NCBI GenBank assembly: GCA_044867425.1
Contig: JBIOUX010000164.1
Span: forward strand, 1,367 to 65,366
From: Acidimicrobiia bacterium
Lineage (GTDB): Bacteria; Actinomycetota; Acidimicrobiia; IMCC26256; BP-133
DNA: 64,000 nt
Direction of reading: 5' to 3'
In this document: in pieces, positions 26,427-35,200 of the stretch
How positions within the stretch are numbered: the first letter of the stretch is position 1
How the letters are laid out: each line of letters opens with the position of its first letter
Program-made: the position numbers and the translations under genes
The notes under the pieces: model-generated
What the model was told of the DNA's origin: nothing
What the model saw: the letters and a program-made list of their open reading frames with translations, nothing else
The model's database searches: none

Positions 26427-27976
26427 CACTGGACCGGAGCTTCTTCCGCACGGCCTCGGCTGTGCTGGCCGGGCTGGCGCTGACCTCCGGCGCGGCCTGC
26501 GGGTCACGCCTCGACACCCAGGCGCTCGAGAAGTCCAACGGCGCCTTCACGCGCGTGGCGGACACCGGCGGTGCGCCCGCCGTCCCGGGTCAGAGCCAGC
26601 TGACGCTCGAGGACGCCGCCGGTGCCGCTTCCTCCGAGCCGGGCTCCACCCCGGCCGCCGCCTCTACCGCCGTGGCGGTGGGGAGTCCGGCCGCGGGCCG
26701 GGTGCCGGCCGCCTCGGCCAGCCAGTCAGCGGGTGCCACCGGCGCCGTACCCTCAGCCGGGGGACAGCGAGCGGCCACGTCAGCCGCGGCGGCGTCGGGT
26801 GGGCCGGCCACGCCCACGCCCAGTGCGCCCGTCCCCGGGACGCCGGCGCCGGCCGCGCCGGGGGCCACCAAGTCCGAGATCCTCCTCGGCTCCTTCGGCT
26901 CCGAGTCCGGCATCCTGGGGGCGGTGAGCGGGCCGGCCCCGCCCGCCATCCGGGCCTGGGCCGCCTACATCAACACACAGGGGGGCGTGAACGGCCACCC
27001 GGTCAAGGTCATCCTGGGTGACGACAACGCCAACCCTTCCCGGAGCCAGGCGATCGTCCGCCAGATGGTCGAGCAGGACAAGGTCATTGCCTTCCTCAAC
27101 GAGTACTCCTTCGCGCTCGACTCGGTAATGCCCTACCTGGAGCAGAAGAAGATTCCCATCGTCGGCAGCATCGGCGGCCACCCCATCGGGGACCACTCCC
27201 CCATGATGTTCAACCCCCTGCTCGGCCCTGACGTGGGCCAGGCCTGGGGCTTCATCCTCAACACCCTCACCCAGGCGCCGGGCAAGAAGAAGATCGGGAT
27301 CCTGTACTGCCGGGAGGCCAGCATCTGCGCCGTCCTGAAGGACGGCTTCAAGAAGCTCCTGCCCTACGAGGGACTGGAGGTCGTCTACGAGGCGTTCGTG
27401 TCGCTGGCCCAGCCCGACTACACGGGCGAGGTCCTCCAGGCCCAGCGGGCCGGGGCGGACGTCATCCTTCCCCTCATCGACACGGCGGCCCTGAACCGGG
27501 TGGTGGCGTCGGCCCGGCGCCAGAACTACGAGCCCGCCTTTGTGGGGACCTACAACCTCAACCAGGACCTGATCTACAACTTCTCGGAGAACCTGGAGGG
27601 GATCTTCCTCACTTCCCGGATGGGGCCGTGGGACACATCGCCGCTCAACCAGACGTACCGAGACGCCATGGCCCGCTACCAGCCCAAGGCCGCCCGCGGC
27701 GACCTCGGTGCGGGCGTGTTCGTGGCCGGGAAGCTGCTCTCCGACAAGATCGGGCCCTTCATTCAGGAACCGCCCAGGACCGAGCAGATCCTCGAGGGCC
27801 TGTACGCGCTCCACAACGAGACCCTCGGCGGGCTCCTGCCCGGAGTGGGCTTCAAGCGCGACTCCGAGCACGTGGACACCAACCAGTGCATCATCCCGGT
27901 GAAGTTCACGGGCGGGAAGTTCGTGGCCCATCCGAAGTTCGTGTGCGCCCCGAATTGGAAGCCGGTCGGCACCTGA
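26402..27976 (+). CDS. ABC transporter substrate-binding lipoprotein (Leu/Ile/Val-type, type 1 periplasmic-binding fold), copy 1
   Basis: ATG at 26402. The lipobox is LALTSGAACGS, followed by ~130 aa of Ala/Pro/Ser/Gly-rich linker and then a LivJ-like core. It is highly similar to the protein starting at 62766. Confidence 0.85.
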   Translation: MRTLRGGIALDRSFFRTASAVLAGLALTSGAACGSRLDTQALEKSNGAFTRVADTGGAPAVPGQSQLTLEDAAGAASSEPGSTPAAASTAVAVGSPAAGRVPAASASQSAGATGAVPSAGGQRAATSAAAASGGPATPTPSAPVPGTPAPAAPGATKSEILLGSFGSESGILGAVSGPAPPAIRAWAAYINTQGGVNGHPVKVILGDDNANPSRSQAIVRQMVEQDKVIAFLNEYSFALDSVMPYLEQKKIPIVGSIGGHPIGDHSPMMFNPLLGPDVGQAWGFILNTLTQAPGKKKIGILYCREASICAVLKDGFKKLLPYEGLEVVYEAFVSLAQPDYTGEVLQAQRAGADVILPLIDTAALNRVVASARRQNYEPAFVGTYNLNQDLIYNFSENLEGIFLTSRMGPWDTSPLNQTYRDAMARYQPKAARGDLGAGVFVAGKLLSDKIGPFIQEPPRTEQILEGLYALHNETLGGLLPGVGFKRDSEHVDTNQCIIPVKFTGGKFVAHPKFVCAPNWKPVGT

Positions 27977-29076
27977 GCCTTTCGCTGGTCGACCCCACGC
28001 ACGACCAGAGCGGGCCGTCCACCTTCTGGACGACGGTCAACGCCGCCGAGGCACTGCCCGGCGTGTCCACCCCGCTCAACTGGACCGTGTTCGGGGCGCG
28101 GGTGGAGCGGGCCTTCCGGGGCACATTCGCCAACATGGGGGTCATCCCGCGGGCGGCCGTGGGTGTCCCGGCGTCGCTTGACGACCGGCTCTGGGGTGTG
28201 TTCTTCGGCCGGGCGGCGGCGAACCTCGATACCTTCCGCCGCCTGGCCGACCTGACCCCGGGCACCTCCGGCGACGCGCTGGAGGAGCAGATCTTCGGCA
28301 CCCTGCGGCCCGGCGTGACCAGCCACCCGTCGAAGCGCCGCTACCCGGCGGCGGCGGTGCGGATGCCGGTGGCGGCGCTGCGCCTGCCCCGGGTCCTGGC
28401 CCGGCACCGGGCGGACATCGAAGCCTTCTGGCGCCAGCCGGGGCCAGCCGGCACCGCCGACGCCCGGGCCCGTTTCACCGAGGCGCTCGTCCGGTTCGAG
28501 GCGGTCATGCAGCCCCACACGCTGGCCGCCATGCTGGCCCAGGGCATCTACGAGCAGCTGCGCAGGCTGTGCTCGGCGGCGGGCCGGCCCGGCCTCGAGA
28601 CCCGGCTGATGACCGGCTACGGCGCCTCCTTCGAGGAAACCTGCCTGATGGCCGACCTGTGGGCGGTGTCCCGCAACGTCCTGCCCCTGTCCGCATTTCT
28701 GGCCGCCCACGGCTACCACGGCCCAGCCGAGGGCGAGATCTCGAGCCGGTCGTGGCGGGAGGACCCCTCGCCGCTCACCGGCCTGGTGGAGACCTACCGG
28801 GGGATGGAGGAGTCCGCTTCCCCGGCGGCCGTGGAGGGTAGGCAGCGCCGGGGGCGGGACAGGGCGACGGCCGAGCTGCTCGGCGCCGTGGGCGGACGCC
28901 GGCGGACCGGAGCCCGGCTGCTGGTCAACGTGGCCAGCCGGTACATCCCCCTGCGAGAGGTGGGCAAGACCGCCTTCCTTCAAGCCGTCGATGCCGCCCG
29001 GGCGGCCGCCCGGGTCATGGGCGAGGACCTCGCCCGCCGGGGTGTGCTGGGCGACCCGGCCGACGTCTTCTATCTC
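27943..29076 (+). pseudogene. 5' part of a gene paralogous to the N-terminal region of 19544-21265, interrupted by the transposon
   Basis: The frame reads ...LVDPTHDQSGPSTFWTTVNAAEALPGVSTPLNW...DPADVFYL and then runs into the transposon IR. The start is uncertain (GTG 27943 or TTG 27955). The paralogue reads RVFYLRHTELHAAL at the equivalent point. Confidence 0.7.
29072..29076. repeat. Left copy of 5-bp target-site duplication (ATCTC)
   Basis: ATCTC lies immediately outside IR-L and is identical to 40138-40142, immediately outside IR-R. Confidence 0.8.
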
Positions 29077-29100
29077 GGGGTCTCCGGGGTAAAGGCGCCA
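29077..29100 (+). repeat. Left terminal inverted repeat (IR-L); may extend inward to about 29126
   Basis: GGGGTCTCCGGGGTAAAGGCGCCA matches the reverse complement of 40114-40137 at 23 of 24 positions. The inner part ends ...CCACTAACGG and contains the tnpA stop, as in Tn3-family IRs. Confidence 0.8.
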
Positions 29101-29121
29101 AAACGGCGGAGAATGGTTCCA

Positions 29122-29790
29122 CTAACGGCGCTTCGCTGACCTGAGGGGGCGGCGACCGCGTCGGTTGAGGACGCCGGCGACGTCGATGGTGTGGGTGCCG
29201 TAGGGATTGATCGCCTCAAAATGGCCGGGGCTGGTATGGGCGATGGCTTCTTCGCTGATCTCGTGGCCGTCGGCCCGTTCGGCATCGATGGCGTCTTGGA
29301 TGTAGCCGGTGGTGGAGAGGATGCAGGCGTTGGTCACCAGGGTGAGGCAGAGGGCCTGGGCGGTCTGGTCGTCGTGGTGGTGGTAGCGGAGGTCTCCGGA
29401 GTGGGCGAAGGCGAGGAAGCGGCGGAGGTCGTTGAGGGACTCGCCCTTGTTGAGCTGCCGGCCGATCCGCCGGCGGAAGGCCTCGTCGGTGAACCAGCGC
29501 AGGGCGTGGACGGTGCGCAACAGCTTGCCGTGTTCGAGGAGCGCCTTGGCGAGGGGTGCTGGCGGGACCCGGCCTGAAGCTTGGCCACGAGCAGGGAGGC
29601 CGAGACGTAGCCGAGTTTGAGCGAGCCGGCGATGCGCAGGAGTTCGTCCCAGTGCTCGGCGATGAGATCGATCTGGGCGTGGTGGTCGAGGAGCGGGCCT
29701 GCCCGGGGCCAGCCGGTGTAGCGACCCGGCGGATGGGGGCGCCAGAGCTGCCGCTCGGTGAGTTTGGCGATCCGGGGAGCCGATGCGTCG
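29122..29790 (-). pseudogene. tnpA: Tn3-family transposase, C-terminal ~220 codons only, with a frameshift
   Basis: Frame B covers 29122-29556 (AKALLEHGKLLRTVHALRWFTDEAFRRRIGRQLNKGESLNDLRRFLAFAHSGDLRYHHHDDQTAQALCLTLVTNACILSTTGY...). Frame A covers 29557-29790 (APRIAKLTERQLW...IAEHWDELLRIAGSLKLGYVSASLLVAKLQAGSRQHP). The shift is at the G-run 29553-29556. There is no homology upstream of about 29790. Confidence 0.8.
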
Positions 29791-30004
29791 CCAGGATGCA
29801 GGCATCCTTCTCATCTCACCCTTTGGTCACGCCCGCGATCGTTGCGGCACCTGATGGAATCCGGTGCGCTACGTCATCCGTGCGCCGTCTCGGTGGTGTG
29901 GTATTCGATGCCGCACCAGGACCGGCCTTCGACAGCAAAATGGAGCTCCGAAGGTTTACCCCTGGTAGGGGGAATCGCGACACCTGAACGACCCCAGAGG
30001 AGGA

Positions 30005-30870
30005 GTGGGTTCCCCGGTCATGAAAGAGGCTCCCGGTCCTAATCAGGCTGACGGTGTGGACGGCGAGCAGAAACACGCAAGGGTTCCTCAACGCCGCAAG
30101 TGGCCGTTCGTCGTCGGCAGTGGCGTTCTCCTCGCCACCGTCGCTGCCTGGGGCTGGGATGTCTGGCTCCCTAACTTTCGTCCGGGCCTCCGGGCGGGTG
30201 AGGAGTATGGGATTGACGTCTCCAACCACCAGGGAAGCATCGATTGGGGTCGTGTAGCCCGGGACGGCATCTCGTTCGCGTACATCAAGGCCAGTGAAGG
30301 CGGGGATTTCATCGACCGCCGCTTCGCCGACAACTGGGCTGGGCCAGCGAGGCGGGGATCGCACGTGGCGCCTACCACTTCTACACCCTCTGCACGCCAG
30401 GGAACCTCCAGGCCTGGAACTTCCTCCGGACCGTGCCGGTTGACTCCAACTCACTGGCGCCCGCGGTGGACTTGGAACTCAAGGGCAACTGTCGGGAGCG
30501 ACCTGACGGCGTCACTGTGGAACGTGAACTCACGACATTCCTGCGTAGCGTCGAGTCCACGATGGGCAAGGTGATGGTCCTCTACGTCGGTGACGACTTT
30601 GAGGACCGGTACCCCGTCCGCACATCGTTCCAGCGGCCCCTCTGGCACCGACGCTTCCTACGCCGGCCCGATGTCGACGACTGGGTCATCTGGCAGGTAC
30701 ACGGTTCCGCGCGTGTCGACGGCGTGAAAGGTCGTGTGGATTTCAACGTGATGCGCCAACCCCCAAGACGCCGAACTGCCCCACCAAGTAGGCCTCGCGC
30801 TCGTGTATCGTCCCTCCAACCCCTCCTCAACAGAAAAGCACGCTCGCAACCACGACTGTCGACGAGCTGA
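30005..30870 (+). pseudogene. GH25 muramidase (lysozyme) with N-terminal TM anchor, disrupted by a -1 frameshift
   Basis: Frame 2 reads GIDVSNHQGSIDWGRVARDGISFAYIKASEGGDFIDRRFADNWAG. The continuation EAGIARGAYHFYTLC...APAVDLELKG...WVIWQVHGSARVDGVKGRVDFNV is in frame 1. The junction is at GGG 30341-30343. Confidence 0.75.
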
Positions 30871-31342
30871 CCTTTCGTGACGCAGCTCTGATCAGTCGTT
30901 TCTCTTCAGAGTCTCGAGAATCATCAACGAAGAACCCGGACGCGGAATCCAAAGAAATACAGGCACCGCTCTTCGAATCGATGGCAGCGTTGCGACTCGT
31001 GACCTTCCATCCTTGGGCACGAAGGGGCTCAAGGATGGCTGCCATACCTTCTTCAGCGCTCCTGAGCCCCTTGAATGAGAGAACGACCAACCGAGTCTTT
31101 TGCTCAGCTGAGCCGCCCCCTTGGACGCTCTCGTTAAGAACGATCTCCGCCGAAGAAGGAAGAGGGCCGAGGATGCTGAGCTTCGGCGCTGGGTGCGTAC
31201 GATTCCACAGCCCCATGGCCACCACAAAGAAGACAAGAGACAGTGTGACGACGGCTAGGATCATCCATAATATTCGACGGGCAGCACTGCCCCGCCTCGC
31301 CTTACGACCCTCGGTGTGGTGCGCGACCGCCGAACTGTTCAC
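30827..31342 (-). CDS. Membrane-anchored hypothetical protein (171 aa) in lower-GC block
   Basis: The ORF has the N-terminal TM helix ILWMILAVVTLSLVFFVVAMGLW. It is last in the Rhs-strand gene string. One 60-nt line here counts only 28 G+C. Confidence 0.5.
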   Translation of the reverse strand: MNSSAVAHHTEGRKARRGSAARRILWMILAVVTLSLVFFVVAMGLWNRTHPAPKLSILGPLPSSAEIVLNESVQGGGSAEQKTRLVVLSFKGLRSAEEGMAAILEPLRAQGWKVTSRNAAIDSKSGACISLDSASGFFVDDSRDSEEKRLIRAASRKVSSSTVVVASVLFC

Positions 31343-31629
31343 GACTTGTACTCCTTACTCCGCGAGATCTGGTTGGATAGGCGGTCATAGCTCTTGCCTC
31401 GGGGTTTGGCGGCCTTCCCGTTGAATTTGGTGGCCCGCAGATCCGAAATCCTGCCCTCACCAAAGCCATAGGCGATGAATGCCTCGCGGTCAGACAAGCC
31501 ATACTTGTTCTGGAACTCCGCGAGGTACTCAGCGGCCATAGCGATGGCGAAGCCGGTGTCATAAACAAGCTTCTTACGCGCTGTCCTCGTGTCTATGCCT
31601 GCGAGACGGGCAGCGACGTCGGGACGCAT
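31339..31629 (-). CDS. Hypothetical protein (96 aa)
   Basis: The ORF stop overlaps the next gene's start (ATGA-type overlap at 31339-31342). No motif was recognised. It conflicts with the 31574-31771 ORF over 56 nt. Confidence 0.4.
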   Translation of the reverse strand: MRPDVAARLAGIDTRTARKKLVYDTGFAIAMAAEYLAEFQNKYGLSDREAFIAYGFGEGRISDLRATKFNGKAAKPRGKSYDRLSNQISRSKEYKS

Positions 31630-31771
31630 CTGACCGATTTGCCGCCCAAGAGAGAAGGGGCGTGGTGAGCGCCATTTCGCTGTCAGGCAGAGCGATGAGA
31701 GCTAGGGCGTAGGCAAGAAGACCACCCAATGCGGACAGCAGCACACCGCCTAGATCGCGTTTAGTTGCCAA
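31574..31771 (-). CDS. Possible small TM protein (65 aa)
   Basis: The N-terminal 30 aa are hydrophobic (GGVLLSALGGLLAYALALIAL) and the rest is Arg-rich. It overlaps the neighbouring ORF, so at most one of the two is likely to be real as drawn. Confidence 0.25.
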   Translation of the reverse strand: MATKRDLGGVLLSALGGLLAYALALIALPDSEMALTTPLLSWAANRSDASRRRCPSRRHRHEDSA

Positions 31772-31829
31772 GCTTCACGCGTACTTTCGGTCGAAGGCTG
31801 TTCTGGTTGAATGTGAACCGTAAGCTCAC

Positions 31830-32195
31830 CTAGCCCTTGGCGCAGCTCGGCCCTCTGATGTCGAACGTCCGGCGGTCATCGTCCGAATGTGGAACAGGGA
31901 GCAATTGCCCGATGGCACCATCGACTGCTGTCGCCGACAAGGTCAGACCGTCGGCATCGTTGTCGAAAACCGAGAAAGCAACCGCTCTGCCTGGAGCAAT
32001 ACGCTCACCCCGTGTAGTGGCCATGTCCTCCGGCTGCGCCGAACCGGATTCTCGAACTCTGACCCAGACCTCATGACTGCACTGGTTCGAGACGATCAAT
32101 GTCTTCGCACGATCCCCCGGAAGGCAGGCCGCCAGGGCCGCGCTCGAACACAGACAAAGCGCTATCCGAAACAAGAGCCTCGAGGGTCGAGACAT
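31830..32195 (-). CDS. Lipoprotein (121 aa), candidate immunity protein for the Rhs toxin tip
   Basis: The start MSRPSRLLFRIALCLCSSAALAAC carries the lipobox LAAC. The start codon at 32193-32195 lies 13 nt downstream of the Rhs stop (32209-32211), on the same strand. Confidence 0.55.
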   Translation of the reverse strand: MSRPSRLLFRIALCLCSSAALAACLPGDRAKTLIVSNQCSHEVWVRVRESGSAQPEDMATTRGERIAPGRAVAFSVFDNDADGLTLSATAVDGAIGQLLPVPHSDDDRRTFDIRGPSCAKG

Positions 32196-32208
32196 CAAGG
32201 GAATAGGC

Positions 32209-35200
32209 TCACGCCGAGCTAGTGCCATATCGACGGTTGACGCTGTAGTTCGGTTCGGTTGTCTCGCCTCGGACCTCTGGACAACCACCGCCGCCTCGTG
32301 CTGTGTACGCTTCCCGCTCATACTTGTTCCGGCACCCTGTCCCGCGCTTAGCCGCCTCGATCAGGTACTTGATCCCGAATTTGTCCCCGTACTTCTCCCA
32401 TTGTCCTACGTGAACGAGTTCGTGAGCCAGCAGGGAATCGCACGATCCCCCGCAGAAAATGAAGTGGCCATAGGTGACGGCACCAGCGCCGGGATCGGCA
32501 CTGGGAAGCCGCTTGACGTTTTGCACACAGAACACCGGTTGGCCGCTCTTGCTCCGTGCGCACTCGGTGACGACGCCTCCCGAGTTCGCCACGAGTCGGT
32601 TCCTGGCAAGATTGTCCGTGATGTTTGGTCCCTTCGAGTTGACAGGTTTGCAGGCCTCCCAGATTCCGAAGGGACCTCGCACCTTCCTATACCCGGGGCC
32701 ACATCCGTTCTTGCCCTTGCCTTTGGGGGCGTGGCCGTCGTCGTAGTAGCCGACGGGGTTGGCGGCTGCGTAGAGGTAGCGGTTGCCGGTGAGGGCATCG
32801 ACGCCGAGAGCGAGGTCCAGGCCGCCGGCGACGAAGCTGTCTTCGGTGGTGAATCGGCGGATGCTGGGGTCGTATTGGCGGTCTTTGAGGATGAGCGCTC
32901 TGGTTGTACCAGCGGAGCCGGGTGTGCGGTCGGTGAGGGCGTGCTGGTAGCCGAGGGAGGAGCGACCGTAGCTGGAGCTGGTGGTCTTGCCGGCGCCGCC
33001 GGTCTTGGGTTGGCCGTAGGGGTCGAAGGCGGCCTGTTCGAGCACCACCCCCGTATCGTCGCAGACGGTGCCGACGTTGCCGGCCAGGTCGCCGAGGAGC
33101 CAGTTCCAGGTGGCGGTGGCGTTGCGGTCGCCGGTGGAGGTGCGGTGGGATTCCTGGGCTACTGCTTGGCCGGTGTCGTCGGTGAGGTAGCGGACCATGG
33201 TTTGGCCGGTGCCGTCGGTTTCTTCGGCGAGGGTGTCGCCAGAACCCCAGTAGAAGTAGAGGGTGGTCTTGGCCGAGCCGCTCTCGAACGGGTCCGTGCG
33301 GGCGATGAGCCCACCATCGGCGTCGTAGACGTAGTTGATGTCGTATTGGTTGAGGGTCTTGTCGTCGTGGCCGGCGGCGTGGCCGGCCGGGTCGTAGCTG
33401 GTGCTTCGAGTGGCCGACGGGTTCGAGGGGCAGCTGAAGACGCTGGTGTAGCCGAAGTAGCGGCTGGTCTCTTCGCCGAGGGCGTCGTACCAGAACTTTT
33501 CGCAGTCGGCCTCGTAGATGAGGCTGGAGTAGACGGTCACTCGGCTGGTGAGCCGCCCATCGGTGAATGTCGAGGTGGCGGTGGTCCGGGTGGAGCCGCT
33601 GCCGGCGGTGGCGCCGGTGCGGGCGATTTCCTGGGTGATGTTGCCGCCGTCGTCGAGGGTGTAGACGGTGTTCTGGGAGCTGTCGGACGTCTCGGCGAAG
33701 GGCGCCACCCAGCTGGTGAGCCGGTTGAGGGCGTCGTAGGCGAACTTGGCCGTCCCGCTGGTGGTCGAGCTGGCCCCGGGCTGACGGAGGGCGACGGCCT
33801 CTTGGGTGCGCTGGCCGCCGTCGTCGTAGAGCACCCCGGTGTGGGAGCGCAGCACGTTGGCGCCCGCATTCCAGGTCAGCGAGGTGGGGGCGCCGTTGCG
33901 CTGGTAGTCCCACGTCCCGGTGAGGGCATTGTTGTTCCGCTGGGCGGTCTTGAGCGCCCCGGAGGGGAAGTAGGCGTTGGTCGATGCCCGGCTACGCCAG
34001 TCCGTCATGGAGGTGAGCCACCCGGCCGGGGAATGGTCGTAGCTGGTGAGCCGCCCGTCCCAGGTGGCGGAGTCGAGGGCGCCGTCGGCTTCGTAGGCGA
34101 AGCTCTGGGTGCGGCTGTAGGAGGTGCCGTTGTCGGGGGAGCGCAGCGTCTGGGTTGAGCTGGTCATCCAGTTGTTGGCCGCCGCGTAGGCGAATGTCTG
34201 GGTCTTCAGGGTGGTGCCGCCGGCGGTGCAGCCGGTCGTGCCGGAGACGGTGCGGGTCACGAGGGGGTTGCCGTCGGCGTCGTAGCCGCTGGTCAGGTCG
34301 CCGGCGCCGTCGGCGTAGTTGCAGGTGGCCAGGGTGGTGCCGGCGGTCTCGTTCTTGGCGACCTCGGACTGGAGGGTGCCGTCGGGATTGTAGACGGAGG
34401 CGACCCGGCGCACGTTGGTGGCGCCGTCCTTGTCGAGCCGTTCGGTCTGCCGTCCCTCGCCGTCGTAGCTGTAGGCCACGGTGTGGCTGGGGTTCTCCGG
34501 GTCCTTGGTCTGGGCGGAGAGCCGGCCGAGGGCGTCGTAGCGGTAGAGCGACTCCAAGGTGGCGCCGGCCCCGGTGGGTTGGGCGGTGCGCACCTGGTTG
34601 CCAGCCTGGTCGTAGCCGACCTCGGCGTCGACCCAGGTGGTGGCCGTCTTGTAGCGGCGGGTGCGGGTCACCTCGGCGAAGGGGCTGTAGGTCTGTTCGG
34701 TGGTGTGGGAGAAGGTGCCGACCTTGCCCGGCCCCTTGGTCTGGAGCGGCTCGCCGTGGGCGTTGTAGGCGTACAGGGTGGTCTGGGTCTGGGTGGCGTT
34801 GGCGATCACCTGCTGCTGGGCCACCGCCCCGGAGGGGGTGTAGGTGAAGGTGGTGCGGGCTCGTTCGTTGGTGGTGTTGCCGGCGGGGGCGTCCACCTGG
34901 GTGACCCGTCCGGCGGTGTCGTAGCCATAGTCGGTCACGGCCCGGTCGATGCTGTTGGCGGTCTGGCCGGGGGCGTCGATCTGCTTGAGCGTCCGGTTGG
35001 GGGTGTAGGCGAAGTTGATCTGGCTACTCGATCGAGGGGTCGTCTCGGCGGTCTTGGCGCCGTCGTCGGCGTAGGTGACGGTGGCGACTCGCCTCGGGTC
35101 GGTGGGGTTGGCGCCGGGCCAGGAGGCTTGGGTCTGCCAGTCGTTGTTGTCGTAGGTCCAGATGGTGGTGAAGTCGTCGGCGACGCTCGGGGTGAGCTGG

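Noticed and set aside
30005-30870. A prophage endolysin, implying a phage region.
   Set aside because: No other phage-type genes (terminase, capsid, tail, holin, integrase) are present. The gene lies inside the transposon next to the toxin locus.
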